Source: Nemertoderma westbladi | Taxonomy: Eukaryota > Animalia > Xenacoelomorpha | Assembly: GCA_032718475.1 (NCBI GenBank) | Contig: JAUCBJ010006894.1 | Coordinates: forward strand, 1-50,946 | Reading direction: 5' to 3' | DNA: 50,946 nt | Part shown: piece after piece, positions 23,093 through 35,662 of the stretch | Position numbering within the stretch: the first letter of the stretch is position 1 | Layout: every line of letters begins with the position of its first letter | Position numbers and translations under genes: made by a program | The notes under the pieces: model-generated | The model's database searches: none | Seen by the model: the letters and a program-made list of their open reading frames with translations, nothing else | What the model was told of the DNA's origin: nothing

Positions 23093-26000
23093 AAGTGTTT
23101 ACTGTGGAAAATCACCAATGGTGGTGAACAGGCATTCCTTTAGGAAACAGAGTGGAAGGGTTTACTGTGGAAGATCACCAATGGTGGTGAACAAGCATTC
23201 CTTTAGGAAACAGAATGGAAGGGTTTACTGCGGAAGATCACCCATGGTGCAGTAGTGAACATGCATTCCTTTAGGAAACAGAGTGTAAGGGTATACTGTG
23301 GAAGATCACACATGGTGGTGAACAGGCATTCCTTTAGGAAACAGAGTGGAAGGGTTTACGGTGCAAGATTACCCATGGTGGTGAACAGGCATTCCTTTAG
23401 GAAACAGAGTAGAAGGGTTTACTGTGGAAGATCACCCATGGTGGTGTACAGGCATTCCTTTAGGAAACAGAGTGGAAGGGTTTACGGTGCAAGATTACCC
23501 ATGGTGGTGAACAGGCATTCCTTTAGGAAACAGAGTGGAAGGGTTTACTGTGGAAGATCACCAATGGTGGTGTACAGGCATTCCTTTAGGAAACAGAGTG
23601 GAAGAGTTTACTGTGAAAGATCATCCATGGTGGTGAATAGGAATTCCTTTAGGAAACAGAGTGGAAGGGTTTATTGTGGACGATCACCCATGGCAGGGGT
23701 GGACAGGCATTCCATTAGGAAACAGAGTGGAAGGGTTTACTGTGGATATCACCCATGGTGGTGAACAGGCATTCCTTTAGGAAACATTGTCGAAGGATTT
23801 ACTGTGGAAGATCACCCATGGTAGTGAACAGGCATCCCTTTAGGAAACAGAGTGGAAGGGTTTACTGTGAAAGATCATTCATGGTGGTGAATAGGAATTC
23901 CTTTAGGAAACAGAGTGGAATGGTTTACTGTGGAAGATCACCCATGGCAGGGGTGGACAGGCATTCCATTAGGAAACAGAGTGGAAGGGTTTACTGTGGA
24001 AGATCACCCATGGTGGTGTACAGGCATTCCTTTAGGAAACAGAGTGGAAGGGTTTACTCTGGAAGATCACCCATGGTGGTGAACAGGCATTCCTTTAGGA
24101 AACAGAGTGGAAGAGTTTACTGTGAAAGATCATCCATGGTGGTGAATAGGAATTCCTTTAGGAAACGGAGTGGAAGGGTTTATTGTGGACGATCACCCAT
24201 GGCAGGGGTGGACAGGCATTCCATTAGGAAACAGAGTGGAAGGGTTTACTGTGGAAGATCACCCATGGTGGTGTACAGGCATTCCTTTAGGAAACAGAGT
24301 GGAAGGGTTTACTCTGGAAGATCACCCATGGTGGTGAACAGGCATTCCTTTAGGAAACAGAGTGGAAGAGTTTACTGTGAAAGATCATCCATGGTGGTGA
24401 ATAGGAATTCCTTTAGGAAACAGAGTGGAAGGGTTTATTGTGGACGATCACCCATGGTAGGGGTGGACAGGCATTCCATTAGGAAGCAGAGTGGAAGGGT
24501 TTACTGTGGAAGATCACCCATGGTGGTGAACAGGCATTCCTTTAGGAAACATTGTCGAAGGATTTACTGTGGGAGATCACCCATGGTGGTGAACAGGCAT
24601 TCCTTTAGGAAACAGAGTGGAAGGGTTTACTGTGGAAGATCACCCATGGTAGTGAACAGGCATCCCTTTAGGAAACAGAGTGGAAGGGTTTACTGTGAAA
24701 GATAATTCATGGTGGTGAATAGGAATTCCTTTAGGAAACAGAGTGGAATGGTTTACTGTGGAAGATCACCCATGGCAGGGGTGGACAGGCATTCCTTTAG
24801 GAAACAGAGTGGAAGGGTTTACTGTGGAAGATCGCCCATGGTGGTGAACAGGCATTCCTTTAGGAAACAGAGTGGAAGGGTTTACTGTGGAAGATCACCC
24901 ATGGTAGTGAACAGGCATTCCTTTAGGAAACAGAGAGGATGGGTTCACTGTGGAAGATCACCCATGGTGGTGAACAGGAATTCCTTTAGGAAACAGAGTG
25001 GAAGGGATTACTGTGGAAGATCATCCGTGGTGGTGAACAGGCATTCCTTTAGAAAACAGAGTAGAAGGGTTTACCGTGGAAGATCACCCATGGTGGTGAA
25101 CAGTAATTCCTTTGGGAAACAGAGTGGAAGGGTTTACTGAGTAATTTCACCCATGGTGGTGAAAATGAATTCCTTTGGGAAACAGTGTGGAAGGGTTTAC
25201 TGTGGAAGATCACCCATGGTGCAGTAGTGAACATGCATTCCTTTAGGAAACAGAGTGTAAGGGTATACTGTGGAAGATCACACATGGTGGTGAACAGGCA
25301 TTCCTTTTGGAAACAGAGTGAAAGGGGTTTACTGTGGAAGATCACCCATGGTGGTGAACAGGAATTCCTTTGGGAAACAGAGTGGAAGGGTTTACTGTGA
25401 AAGATCATTCATGGTGGTGAATAAGAATTCCTTTAGGAAACAGAGTGGAATGGTTTACTGTGGAAGATCACCCATGGCAGGGGTGGACAGGCATTCCATT
25501 AGGAAACAGAGTGGAAGTGTTTACTGTGAAAGATCATCCATGGTGGTGAATAGGAATTCCTTTATGAAACAGAGTGGAAGGGTTCACTGTGGAAGATCAC
25601 CCATTGCAGGGGTGGACAGGCATTCCTTTAGGAAACAGAGTGGAAGGGTTTACTGTGGAAGATCACCCATGGTGGTGAACAGGCATTCCTTTAGGAAACA
25701 GAGTGGAAGGGTTTACTGTGGAAGATCACCCATGGTAGTGAACAGGCATTCCTTCTGGAAACAGAGAGGATGGGTTCACTGTGGAAGATCACCCATGGTG
25801 GTGAACAGGAATTCCTTTAGGAAACAGAGTGGAAGGGTTTACTGTGGAAGATCATCCGTGGTGGTGAACATGCATTCCTTTAGGAAACAGATTGGAAGGG
25901 TTTACTGTGGAAGATCACCCATGGTGGTGAACAGGAATTCCTATAGGACACAGAGTGGAAGGGTTTACTGTGGAAGATCACCCATGGTGGTGAACAGGCA

Positions 26001-28415
26001 TTCCTTTAGGAAACATTGTCGAAGGATTTACTGTGGGAGATCACCCATGGTGGTGAACAGGCATTCCTTTAGGAAACAGAGTGGAAGGGTTTACTGTGGA
26101 AGATCACCCATGGTAGTGAACAGGCATCCCTTTAGGAAACAGAGTGGAAGGGTTTACTGTGAAAGATAATTCATGGTGGTGAATAGGAATTCCTTTAGGA
26201 AACAGAGTGGAATGGTTTACTGTGGAAGATCACCCATGGCAGGGGTGGACAGGCATTCCTTTAGGAAACAGAGTGGAAGGGTTTACTGTGGAAGATCGCC
26301 CATGGTGGTGAACAGGCATTCCTTTAGGAAACAGAGTGGAAGGGTTTACTGTGGAAGATCACCCATGGTAGTGAACAGGCATTCCTTTAGGAAACAGAGA
26401 GGATGGGTTCACTGTGGAAGATCACCCATGGTGGTGAACAGGAATTCCTTTAGGAAACAGAGTGGAAGGGATTACTGTGGAAGATCATCCGTGGTGGTGA
26501 ACAGGCATTCCTTTAGAAAACAGAGTAGAAGGGTTTACCGTGGAAGATCACCCATGGTGGTGAACAGTAATTCCTTTGGGAAACAGAGTGGAAGGGTTTA
26601 CTGAGTAATTTCACCCATGGTGGTGAAAATGAATTCCTTTGGGAAACAGTGTGGAAGGGTTTACTGTGGAAGATCACCCATGGTGCAGTAGTGAACATGC
26701 ATTCCTTTAGGAAACAGAGTGTAAGGGTATACTGTGGAAGATCACACATGGTGGTGAACAGGCATTCCTTTTGGAAACAGAGTGAAAGGGGTTTACTGTG
26801 GAAGATCACCCATGGTGGTGAACAGGAATTCCTTTGGGAAACAGAGTGGAAGGGTTTACTGTGAAAGATCATTCATGGTGGTGAATAAGAATTCCTTTAG
26901 GAAACAGAGTGGAATGGTTTACTGTGGAAGATCACCCATGGCAGGGGTGGACAGGCATTCCATTAGGAAACAGAGTGGAAGTGTTTACTGTGGAAGATCA
27001 CCCATGGTGGTGAACAGGAATTCCTATAGGACACAGAGAGGATGGGTTTACTGTGGAAGATCACCCATGGTGGTGAACAGTAATTCCTTTAGGAAACAGA
27101 GTGTAAGGGTATACTGTGGAAGATCACACATGGTGGTGAACATGCATTCCTTTTGGAAACAGAGTGAAAGGGGTTTACTGTGGAAGATCACCCATGGTGG
27201 TGAACAGGAATTCCTTTAGGAAACAGAGTGGAAGGGTTTACTGTGGAAGATCACCCATGGTGGTGAACAGTAATTCCTTTAGGAAACAGAGTGGAAGGGA
27301 TTAATGTGGAAGATCATCCGTGGTGGTGAACAGGCATTCCTTTAGGAAACAGAGTAGAAGGGTTTACCGTGGAAGATCACCCATGGTGGTGAACAGTAAT
27401 TCCTTTAGGAAACAGAGTGTAAGGGTATACTGTGGAAGATCACACATGGTGGTGAACATGCATTCCTTTTGGAAACAGAGTGAAAGGGGTTTACTGTGGA
27501 AGATCACCCATGGTGGTGAACAGGAATTCCTTTGGGAAACAGAGTGGAAGGGTTTACTGTGGAAGATCACCCATGGTGGTGAACAGGGATTCCTTTTGGA
27601 AACAGAGTGGAAGGGTTTAGTATGGAAGATCGCCCATGGTGGTGAACAGGGATTCCTTTAGGAAACAGAGTGGAAGGGTTTAGTATGGAAGATCGCCCAT
27701 GGTGGTGAAAAGGCATTCCTTTAGGAAACAGATAGGATGGGTTTACTGTGGAAGATCACCCATAGTGGTGAACAGGAATTCCTTTAGTAAATAGAGAGGA
27801 TTGGTTTACTGTGGAAGATCACCCATGGTGGTGAACAGGAATTCCTTAAGGAAACTGAGTGTAAGGGTTTACTGTGGAAGATCACTCATGGTGGTGAACA
27901 GGAATTCCTTTTGGAAACAGAGTGGAAGGGTTCACTGTGGAAGATCACCAATGGTGGTGAACAGGAATTCCTTTTGGAAACAGAGTGGAAGGGTTTACTG
28001 TGGAAGATCACCCATGGTGGTGAACAGTAATTCCTTTAGGAAACAGAGTGGAAGGGATTACTGTGGAAGATCATCCGTGGTGGTGAACAGGCATTCCTTT
28101 AGGAAACAGAGTAGAAGGGTTTACCGTGGAAGATCACCCATGGTGGTGAACAGTAATTCCTTTAGGAAACAGAGTGTAAGGGTATACTGTGGAAGATCAC
28201 ACATGGTGGTGAACAGGAATTCCTTTTGGAAACAGAGTGGAAGGGTTCACTGTGGAAGATCACCAATGGTGGTGAACAGGAATTCCTTTTGGAAACAGAG
28301 TGGAAGGGTTTACTGTGGAAGATCACCCATGGTGGTGAACAGGAATTCCTTTTGGAAACGGAGTGAAAGGGGTTTACTGTGGAAGATCACCCATGGTGGT
28401 GAACAGGCATTCCTT
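23093..28415. repeat. 63-bp satellite, roughly 84 monomers, with higher-order repeats
   Basis: Unit gtggaagggtttactgtggaagatcacccatggtggtgaacaggcattcctttaggaaacaga; 255-bp and 1464-bp periodicities. Confidence 0.97.
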
Positions 28416-29591
28416 GGCTTAATGAGCCTAACAGATTCTCCCATTCATAACTGAATAATTAATTAACCCTAATTAAATAAATTAATTAAATCTTAGTTAA
28501 CATTTTGTCGATTTTTATTTTAATCCTTTGATTGCCAATATATTTGTAATAAATATTGCCCAACATTTTATTTAGCTTTGGGATGAATTAAGATTCTAGC
28601 AGAAAGTAAGGTTTACCCATTAGTCAACATATAAGTTATAAAATGTCATTTATATGGTAGTTTACTTTTCACAAACATTATAAACGCAACCCAGATTATT
28701 GGGCAATGTATAAACTAAAGTTATTAGTATTGACAATGTATAACTGAAGTTATGGTACCTACCAGTGAATGAAAGAGTGGCATTTGCGAAATTATTGGCA
28801 AATATATGCAAAATGTTATACAGTTGTTGTCAGCTACGGAGCACTCATAATATTAATATAGCTAACGTGTGTTGGCAAATTTTACCGATTTTATTTTAAT
28901 CCTTTGATCATCAATATATTTCCATCCAATCTGTAATTGGCCATAACAATTATTTAGATTAGGTATGTATAATATGAGAAGGCTCTAAAAATAGTAGGCC
29001 AGGCCGCTAATCAAACGGCACTTAGTAGTATATAAGCAATGATAATTATAATTTTTTAATAACTTTTATAGATTCCGTATGACTTATTCTAGTAGTAATA
29101 TTCTTTTAGTGTCTATTTTATTTATTTTTTAATTATAATATAAATTAAATGATGAACAAATGTATTATGCTAATGCTAATGCTAATTAATGCTAATGTAT
29201 TATCAAATTATCAAAATTATAGAAACGGCAGACAACCCACCCATATATACACACCACAATACAATATAATTCTATTAAATCGCACCAGGGACTCTGTTGA
29301 GAGACAGTTTCGTGGGAAATGGGTTCCATAAAGGTCGTGAGACCATGGAGCCTATTCTGGCAGTTAGAAGGATAATCGAAGAGTTATCAACAAAGAAAGA
29401 CCGACGTATGGCTATTATCTTTTTTAAATTCTTCAAGGCCATCGAGTCAGCCTCCCAACCATGGTCAGGATAATTGCAGCATATGGGATTCCTGAAGAAA
29501 TAGTTGCATCTATCAGATCACTGTACGATGGTTTCACCACGTTTGTGTCTACTACAGATGTTGACACAGATCCATTTAAAGTCTTATGGAG

Positions 29592-30806
29592 GGTGTTCGG
29601 ACACTTCCCCCCGGACACTTCCCCCCCGGACAGTTCCCCCCCGCTCAAGTAGGACACTTCCCCCCCGGACACTTCCCCCCCAGACACTTCCCCCCCGCGG
29701 ACACTTCCCCCCCCGACTGTTCTTAACTTCGCACATTCGTATTTTTCATTTTGTAAGGTAAACGGACCGCTTGTATCCGGATAAGTTGTATCCAATTTTC
29801 CTTTCGTAGCTCAGAAAGTGATCTTTTGCATCCCGATTTTACATTTTATATCCAAGTTGTATTTATGGGTTTTATCAATGCAATTACATCGTATTGTTTG
29901 CTAATCTTTCAACAATTAATTATATTAGATGACCTATAAATTCCATCCCCGGAATGATATACTGTTTTTATTAACTATAGAATTATAATAATTAATTGTT
30001 TTAATTATAGGTATTATTATGTAATAGTCTTCTTCAAATTGTAGCAGATGGGTTGAATATTATTGTTACAATCAAAATTATACCTCTCCAGGGTAAAATC
30101 GACATGCGTCGACCTGTATTCTGTGTTCAGCATTACATATTGATATACATATTACTATACATACTATATAGATATTATACACACGACATATTAAATTTCC
30201 TGGTTACTTGCAATATTTTTAATAGGATTTTGTTGAATTATATAATATTGTAGTAATTTATATATTAAATTGGTTAACATTCAATACAGCTCCTACTTTA
30301 GGCTTAGTCAATTTATTATCTTATGATACAAACATGAATTAATTATTTCAAAGTGGTCTTAAGTCTTTCACCACGGGCACTCAAGGAAATGCCGGGGTCT
30401 GGGGGCGATAACCCCCAAGAAAAGAAGCGGGAGTTTGGGGGCGGCAGCCCCCAAGAAAAGAAGCGGGGGTTTGGGAGAGGTAGCCCCCACAAAAAGAAGC
30501 GGGGGTTTGGGGGCGGCAGCCCCCAATTAAAAGAAATTAAAAGAATTAAAGGAATTAAAAGAAAAACAAACAAAATTTGACTATAAAAATGTTTCTTTTA
30601 TAATTTTGAAAAAACTTGTCTAGATACAACTTGTCCTGTAACCATCTTTAACTTTTGTTTATTGCTTTGATGCACCCAGATTAATTTTAACACTTTAACT
30701 GGGGGGGAAGTGTCCGGGGGGCAAGTGTCCGGGGGGGAAGTGTCCGGGGGGGAAGTGTCCTACTTGGGCGGGGGGGAAGTGTCCGGGGGGGAAGTGTCCT
30801 AGATCC
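29592..30806. mobile_element. MULE-like (foldback) non-autonomous element, 1215 bp
   Basis: 9-bp TSD CTTATGGAG (29583-29591, 30807-30815); GG...CC termini; inverted subterminal arrays of ggacacttccccccc; internal 39-bp minisatellite at ~30395-30525. Confidence 0.88.
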
Positions 30807-31768
30807 CTTATGGAGAGTCCTTCAGGGTGACATGCTTACACCATTCTTATTCGTAATTGTGGTTGCTTAAGTTCTACGCATGTCCTTAGACCATCTTAAT
30901 AAAGATGGGGTGATGGTAACACCCACTCCTGGGACAATAAGTATAGGAAATCAAGCAGAGTAACTTACTGATCTAGATTTAATGACTTAGAGGTGCTGTC
31001 AGAATCACTAGAGGTAGCCCAAAGGCTCCTCTGCTCATTGGAGCAGGTTGCTTCTAGTGTTGGTCTTTTTATAAATTGCAATTAGACCAGAAATATGACA
31101 GTATACCGACAGTGCCCGAGAAATGTCTGATCGTAAGGGCAACAGCTCCAGGGATGGTTTGCATTAGCATGTGGGTGGATGACTTCTGCTACTTGGGATC
31201 ATAGATCAGCAAGTCAGGTGAGGACCTTCGAATACGTAAGGGGAAGGCATGAGCAGCATTGAATTTTCTGTCCAGGATTTGGAAGTCCCATGAAATAAAA
31301 CAGAACCTCAATGTTCGAATATTTAAGACAGCAGTAGTACTAATACTAACGCTGGCCTATAACTGCAGAGGATACCAAATCGCGGGATGGCACTTTCACA
31401 CGAATGCTGCACCAGGTTCATTTCTTCAAGTACAATGAACAAATGTCCAATCAGACTCTATACGACATTATTGGAGGGAGGTGTTTCATTAGTCTCCACT
31501 AGCTCGAAACTTGAACGGATCCGCCTGGATCCGAAGGAATTTTTTTCGCCGTGAGGGCCAGTCAACACATTATCTTGTGCTTTGGCGGCCTAATGGAGAG
31601 AGTAAGCTTGGCAGACAGCCTAGACATTACTTTCTTGAGACGCATCTTAAAGGACACTGGCCTTGAAGATGTGGATGATCTAACAAATGTCATGGGTGAT
31701 AGGGAGTTATGGCGGAGCAATTTTGTCAACAAACCAGCACATCATTCTTCATATATATATATATATAA

Positions 31769-31949
31769 TATAATAAAAATAAAATAATAGGAAGGCATTT
31801 TATACAACCATGTTCAGCATGATCCGGTCTCTTAAATATAATTTTGAGTAGAGACTTAAGTAGTAATGACTTGAGTAGAGATTTAAGAGACCGGATCATG
31901 CTGAACATGGTTGTATAAAATGCCTTCCTATTATTTTATTTTTATTATA
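31769..31949. repeat. Perfect 69-bp inverted repeat with a 43-bp spacer
   Basis: 31769-31837 is the reverse complement of 31881-31949. Confidence 0.95.
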
Positions 31950-32093
31950 ATTAGCAACCATGCACTAGACAAATTATCTCATATAGTGTTGCTAAGGAAA
32001 TGATTGCTTATTTGATCTGGAATGCAATACTATTTTGTTTATTATGTATGTGTGTGTGTTTAGCTGGGTTTTGGTGTAGTTAGTTGGATTAAC

Positions 32094-32147
32094 ATGTGTC
32101 CTGCACGGGTTAGTGTAGCTGATGAGCCAAATCCCGGCGAAACACAT
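32094..32147 (+). ncRNA. Type III hammerhead ribozyme
   Basis: AUGUGUC^ CUGCAC-GGGUUA-GUGUAG CUGAUGA GCC-AAAUCCC-GGC GAA ACACAU: all core nucleotides and stems I, II and III are present; predicted cleavage after C32100. Confidence 0.88.
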
Positions 32148-32582
32148 ATGCAAAAATGTAACCAATGTGATAATTTTACTTACAGTATTTAAACAGGGTT
32201 GCGCTTTGTGTCCCTGCTTAAATAAAACGATGACTACTTACGGTTGAACAGATAGGAACATGTTGTTTCTCTGTTTCCAAATAATTTTACTTGCTTGATA
32301 TTGGTCTGTCAAAAACATAATTCGTTCAACTCAAAATTATATATATAATATATATAATGCAGCTGCAATGCAGCACGCCGATAGTAGTAGTCGTAGTAGT
32401 AGTAGTAACAGTAGTATGCTTATCTACATATTATTTTATTTTGTAGAACACACCATATATTATTATTATAAAGCTAGAATACAGATACAGGTCCTAGAAT
32501 TAATATTGACAATTTTATTTATAATTATTCCATAAACGATTGCAATATATATTATAATAACATTTACTATATTAATTTGGCC

Positions 32583-33899
32583 ATGGTTGATGGTACGAAA
32601 TATGAACGCCTATCAGATGCCCCGCCCACCTACACCAAACGAACCTTGGCCTTAGGTATAGTACTAGCACTATACCAGGGACTGCCCGCCATGTCTCTAT
32701 ACATGCCAGATACATTTTTCCCAATTATTGCCAAAGAACAGCGAGGATGGTCCCAAACGCTTATAGGCGCACTATACTCCGCTTACTCCATAACCAAACT
32801 GCTGATATTCATATTCCTGACCAGAAGAGTAACTTGTTGGAGTTCCCGTTTTGTATTCGGGGTTTGCAGCTTTGCTGGCACAGTGGGTGTAACTGGATTC
32901 GGCCTAATCGATCTCATTTCGAACGATATCATCTACATTGTCGTGTGTTTTGCCCTCCGTGTTATAGACGGCGTGGGACTTACTATCACCTTTATCTACA
33001 CATACAGTCTGTTAATGGAGTTATTCCCAGGGTATCGGGTATTTCTAGCTGGGTTCTCTCTTATTGCAGCCAGCGTAGCGGGTATGTTAGCCCCAGTATT
33101 TGGGTCAATGTTGTACAACGCTTTAGGCTTCAAGGCACCGTTCTTTATATTTGGGGCTATCATCGGTTTATCCACCCTATATTGTCTAATTGAGTCTCCG
33201 CGTCATATAGAAGGAGCGACAAACGGAGAAGATGAAGATGATAAAAACAACGGGATTGGAATATTCTGCCACGCACCGATTTTATTAATCGCAATCCTAC
33301 AAGTTCACGCTGGACAATGTTACCGATTCTATGGTGCTGAATATGCAACACATCTGTTTGAAGCCTATAAAACCAATCAGATTACAATTGGAGGAATATT
33401 CCTAATTGATCCAATCACAACAGCTGCTATAGGGTTAACCCTTAGCGGGATTATGCAACGCTTTCCACAGTTCAATCCTATGGCGGTCACACTGAGCGGT
33501 TTCTTTGGACTAATTCTAGCTATGATCCTGCTAGGGCCTTCTCCTTTTCTCCTATCAAACACTGAAACAAACGCAATGAGTTTCATTCTATCTTTACTGG
33601 GTTGTTTCCTATTGGGTATAGCGTTTGGGTTGTCAAAAACCCCAAGTCTTGGTCTACAGACTAGATTAGCTATAGACCAGTTGGCTTGCCCTGACAATGT
33701 AGACACTCACACAGTCTTGCAGGCGGGGAATCGTATAGCTTACGCTATTGGTCACATAACAGGACCATTAATTGGCGGCGTCTTGACTGACTCATATGGG
33801 TTTCCTATGGCTTCATCCATAATTAGTTTGTTTGGTATTCCCGTCATCATTAGCTTCATCAGCTGTATTATGTACATGAAGTACAAAGTCCAAAGTTAG
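32583..33899 (+). CDS. MFS transporter, SLC18B1-like; single coding exon, 438 aa from the ATG
   Basis: About 12 hydrophobic segments; motifs GWSQTLIG, ALRVIDGVG, GSMLYNALGFKAPF, LLGPSPFL, GPLIGGVLTDSYGF recalled as SLC18B1-like. First ATG is at 32583; the ORF track starts at a TTG. Confidence 0.85.
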   Translation: MVDGTKYERLSDAPPTYTKRTLALGIVLALYQGLPAMSLYMPDTFFPIIAKEQRGWSQTLIGALYSAYSITKLLIFIFLTRRVTCWSSRFVFGVCSFAGTVGVTGFGLIDLISNDIIYIVVCFALRVIDGVGLTITFIYTYSLLMELFPGYRVFLAGFSLIAASVAGMLAPVFGSMLYNALGFKAPFFIFGAIIGLSTLYCLIESPRHIEGATNGEDEDDKNNGIGIFCHAPILLIAILQVHAGQCYRFYGAEYATHLFEAYKTNQITIGGIFLIDPITTAAIGLTLSGIMQRFPQFNPMAVTLSGFFGLILAMILLGPSPFLLSNTETNAMSFILSLLGCFLLGIAFGLSKTPSLGLQTRLAIDQLACPDNVDTHTVLQAGNRIAYAIGHITGPLIGGVLTDSYGFPMASSIISLFGIPVIISFISCIMYMKYKVQS

Positions 33900-34577
33900 A
33901 GCCTTGATGTCATTTGCCATTAATATAACAATTATAAATTACAAAGTGATTTATAAATGTTTTCAATAATTGATATTTTGATATATGATAGAATATTCAT
34001 TCATATTTGCGGATTAAATAATTCTACTAGATTCTTAAAGATTTTCCAAGAGGACAGAATTGCTTCGGCGATATCAATATGGATTTCCTTCAAGAACAAT
34101 TTGTAGTTAAAAGTTTTCTGAACGTTTTTTGTTTTGTTTTTAATTAACTAACTATTTTTTTTGTTTGTAACTAACTTTTCATGCTTTTACAACTTTCGAC
34201 AGACCTATTACATTATTAGTTATAAAAATAATTCTCTGCATGTCAGACTCCATGTCATTGCAATCAATTTTAGCGTTTAATTTTATTTTTAGATTTTAGA
34301 CATATTAATTAATTTATAAATTGCAATACGTAAATGTACTTCATCTTTTCATCATTATTATTTAATACTAACTATAGGCATGTTCTTCACATTGTACTTC
34401 GTACATGCATGTTTACTTTCGTTTAATGAATTAACTCAACTATTTTTAAACTACTCTACATTGCCATTATTTACTTTGCAATATCTGTGTAAATTAAATT
34501 ATCTGTAGTTTATTTATTGTTAGTTTTTGTTTTGTTATGTATTGTTGTCGAGAATTTAATTTGAATTTGAATATTTT

Positions 34578-35662
34578 TACTATTACTACTACTACTTGGG
34601 GGAGCGAACTCTGACAGTGGAAATGAGATCCTTCCATGCTTCCCGATTCTCCATAGTTGTCGCAATTTCGTTTCTCCTAAGTTCAGTATCCCTTTCGAGT
34701 TGATCTATATATGTTATGGCCGGTCGTCCACGACTACGCTTTCCATGAGTTGGTTGCCAGAAAAGTAGATCTGGTATGACCTTGTCTTTACTTCGCCAGC
34801 AGTGCCCACTGAATCTTAATCTGCGTTCACGGAGGGTGGTTGATAAAGGTGGTATTGTACCATAAAGCTCGGCGTTTGTCATGTGTTGTCTCCAGCTGAT
34901 GTTTAGGGCTGCCCTTAGTAGTCTTGTGTAGCAACCATCAATTCGTTGTTCAAGTGATTTAGTCAGTGTCCAGGTCTCACCCCCGTATAAAAATACACTT
35001 TCCACTGTGGCTCGAAAGAACTTAGTCTTCAGGTGCCTGGAGAGATCTGATTTCGAGATGGTATCCATTTTTGATAGAGCTACCCAAGCCTTTGCTTTCC
35101 TATCTTCTATGTCCTTTTTGCTACTCTCTATCCATGATCCAAGGTACTGGAAGTCATCGACCTTCCTTAGTTGATTACTATTAATGGTTGTCAAGTTTCC
35201 ATCAACATTAAAAGTAATTAATTCGGTCTTGGTAGCATTTATATGCAATCCAACCTCCTTAGCAGCCCACTCCACTTTATTTAGTAGATGCTGTGCATCT
35301 GCTAGCGTATTAGAGAGCAGGGCGATGTCATCCGCAAAGTCGGTGTCTGTGACTGTAGTTGCTGGATATCTACTACTTCTGCGTTCTTGAAGTGTAAATC
35401 ACAGGTCTTCACCCTATGTGGCCGTCCTCATTGCACAATAATAGTAATTTACAATAGTAATGGCGCTAATGTGTCACCTCGCAGTACCCCATCCAGGATT
35501 GAGAAAAACTCAGTTTCACCATCTGGTGAGAGTACCTGCCTGAGCTTCTGTGTCACAATATAATAATCCAATGCCAGCCATAATTACCTCTGGTATTCCA
35601 TAAGCTCTTAAAATTTCCAGCATTTTACCTCTATGTATTGAGTCGAATGGTTTCTTGAAGTC
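34578..35662 (-). pseudogene. RTE-like LINE family B, 5'-truncated
   Basis: DFADDIALL, KVDDFQYLGSWI, LYGGETWTL motifs; (AGT)n tail. Confidence 0.9.

Larger units (their letters stand above)
29268..32410 (+). pseudogene. RTE family A, degraded copy split by two insertions
   Basis: Collinear with ~21060-22366 at 29268-29591, 30816-31749 and the tail at 32356-32410. Confidence 0.85.

Noticed and set aside
23093-28415. Hammerhead in the satellite monomer (ctgtgga...gaaac)
   Set aside because: The core is not CUGANGA, and stems I and III could not be built.
23093-28454. Long repetitive ORFs, or a CRISPR-like array
   Set aside because: The 63-bp unit is a multiple of 3 and stop-free in one frame, so ORFs arise automatically, and frameshifts are scattered. 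There are no unique spacers and no cas genes.
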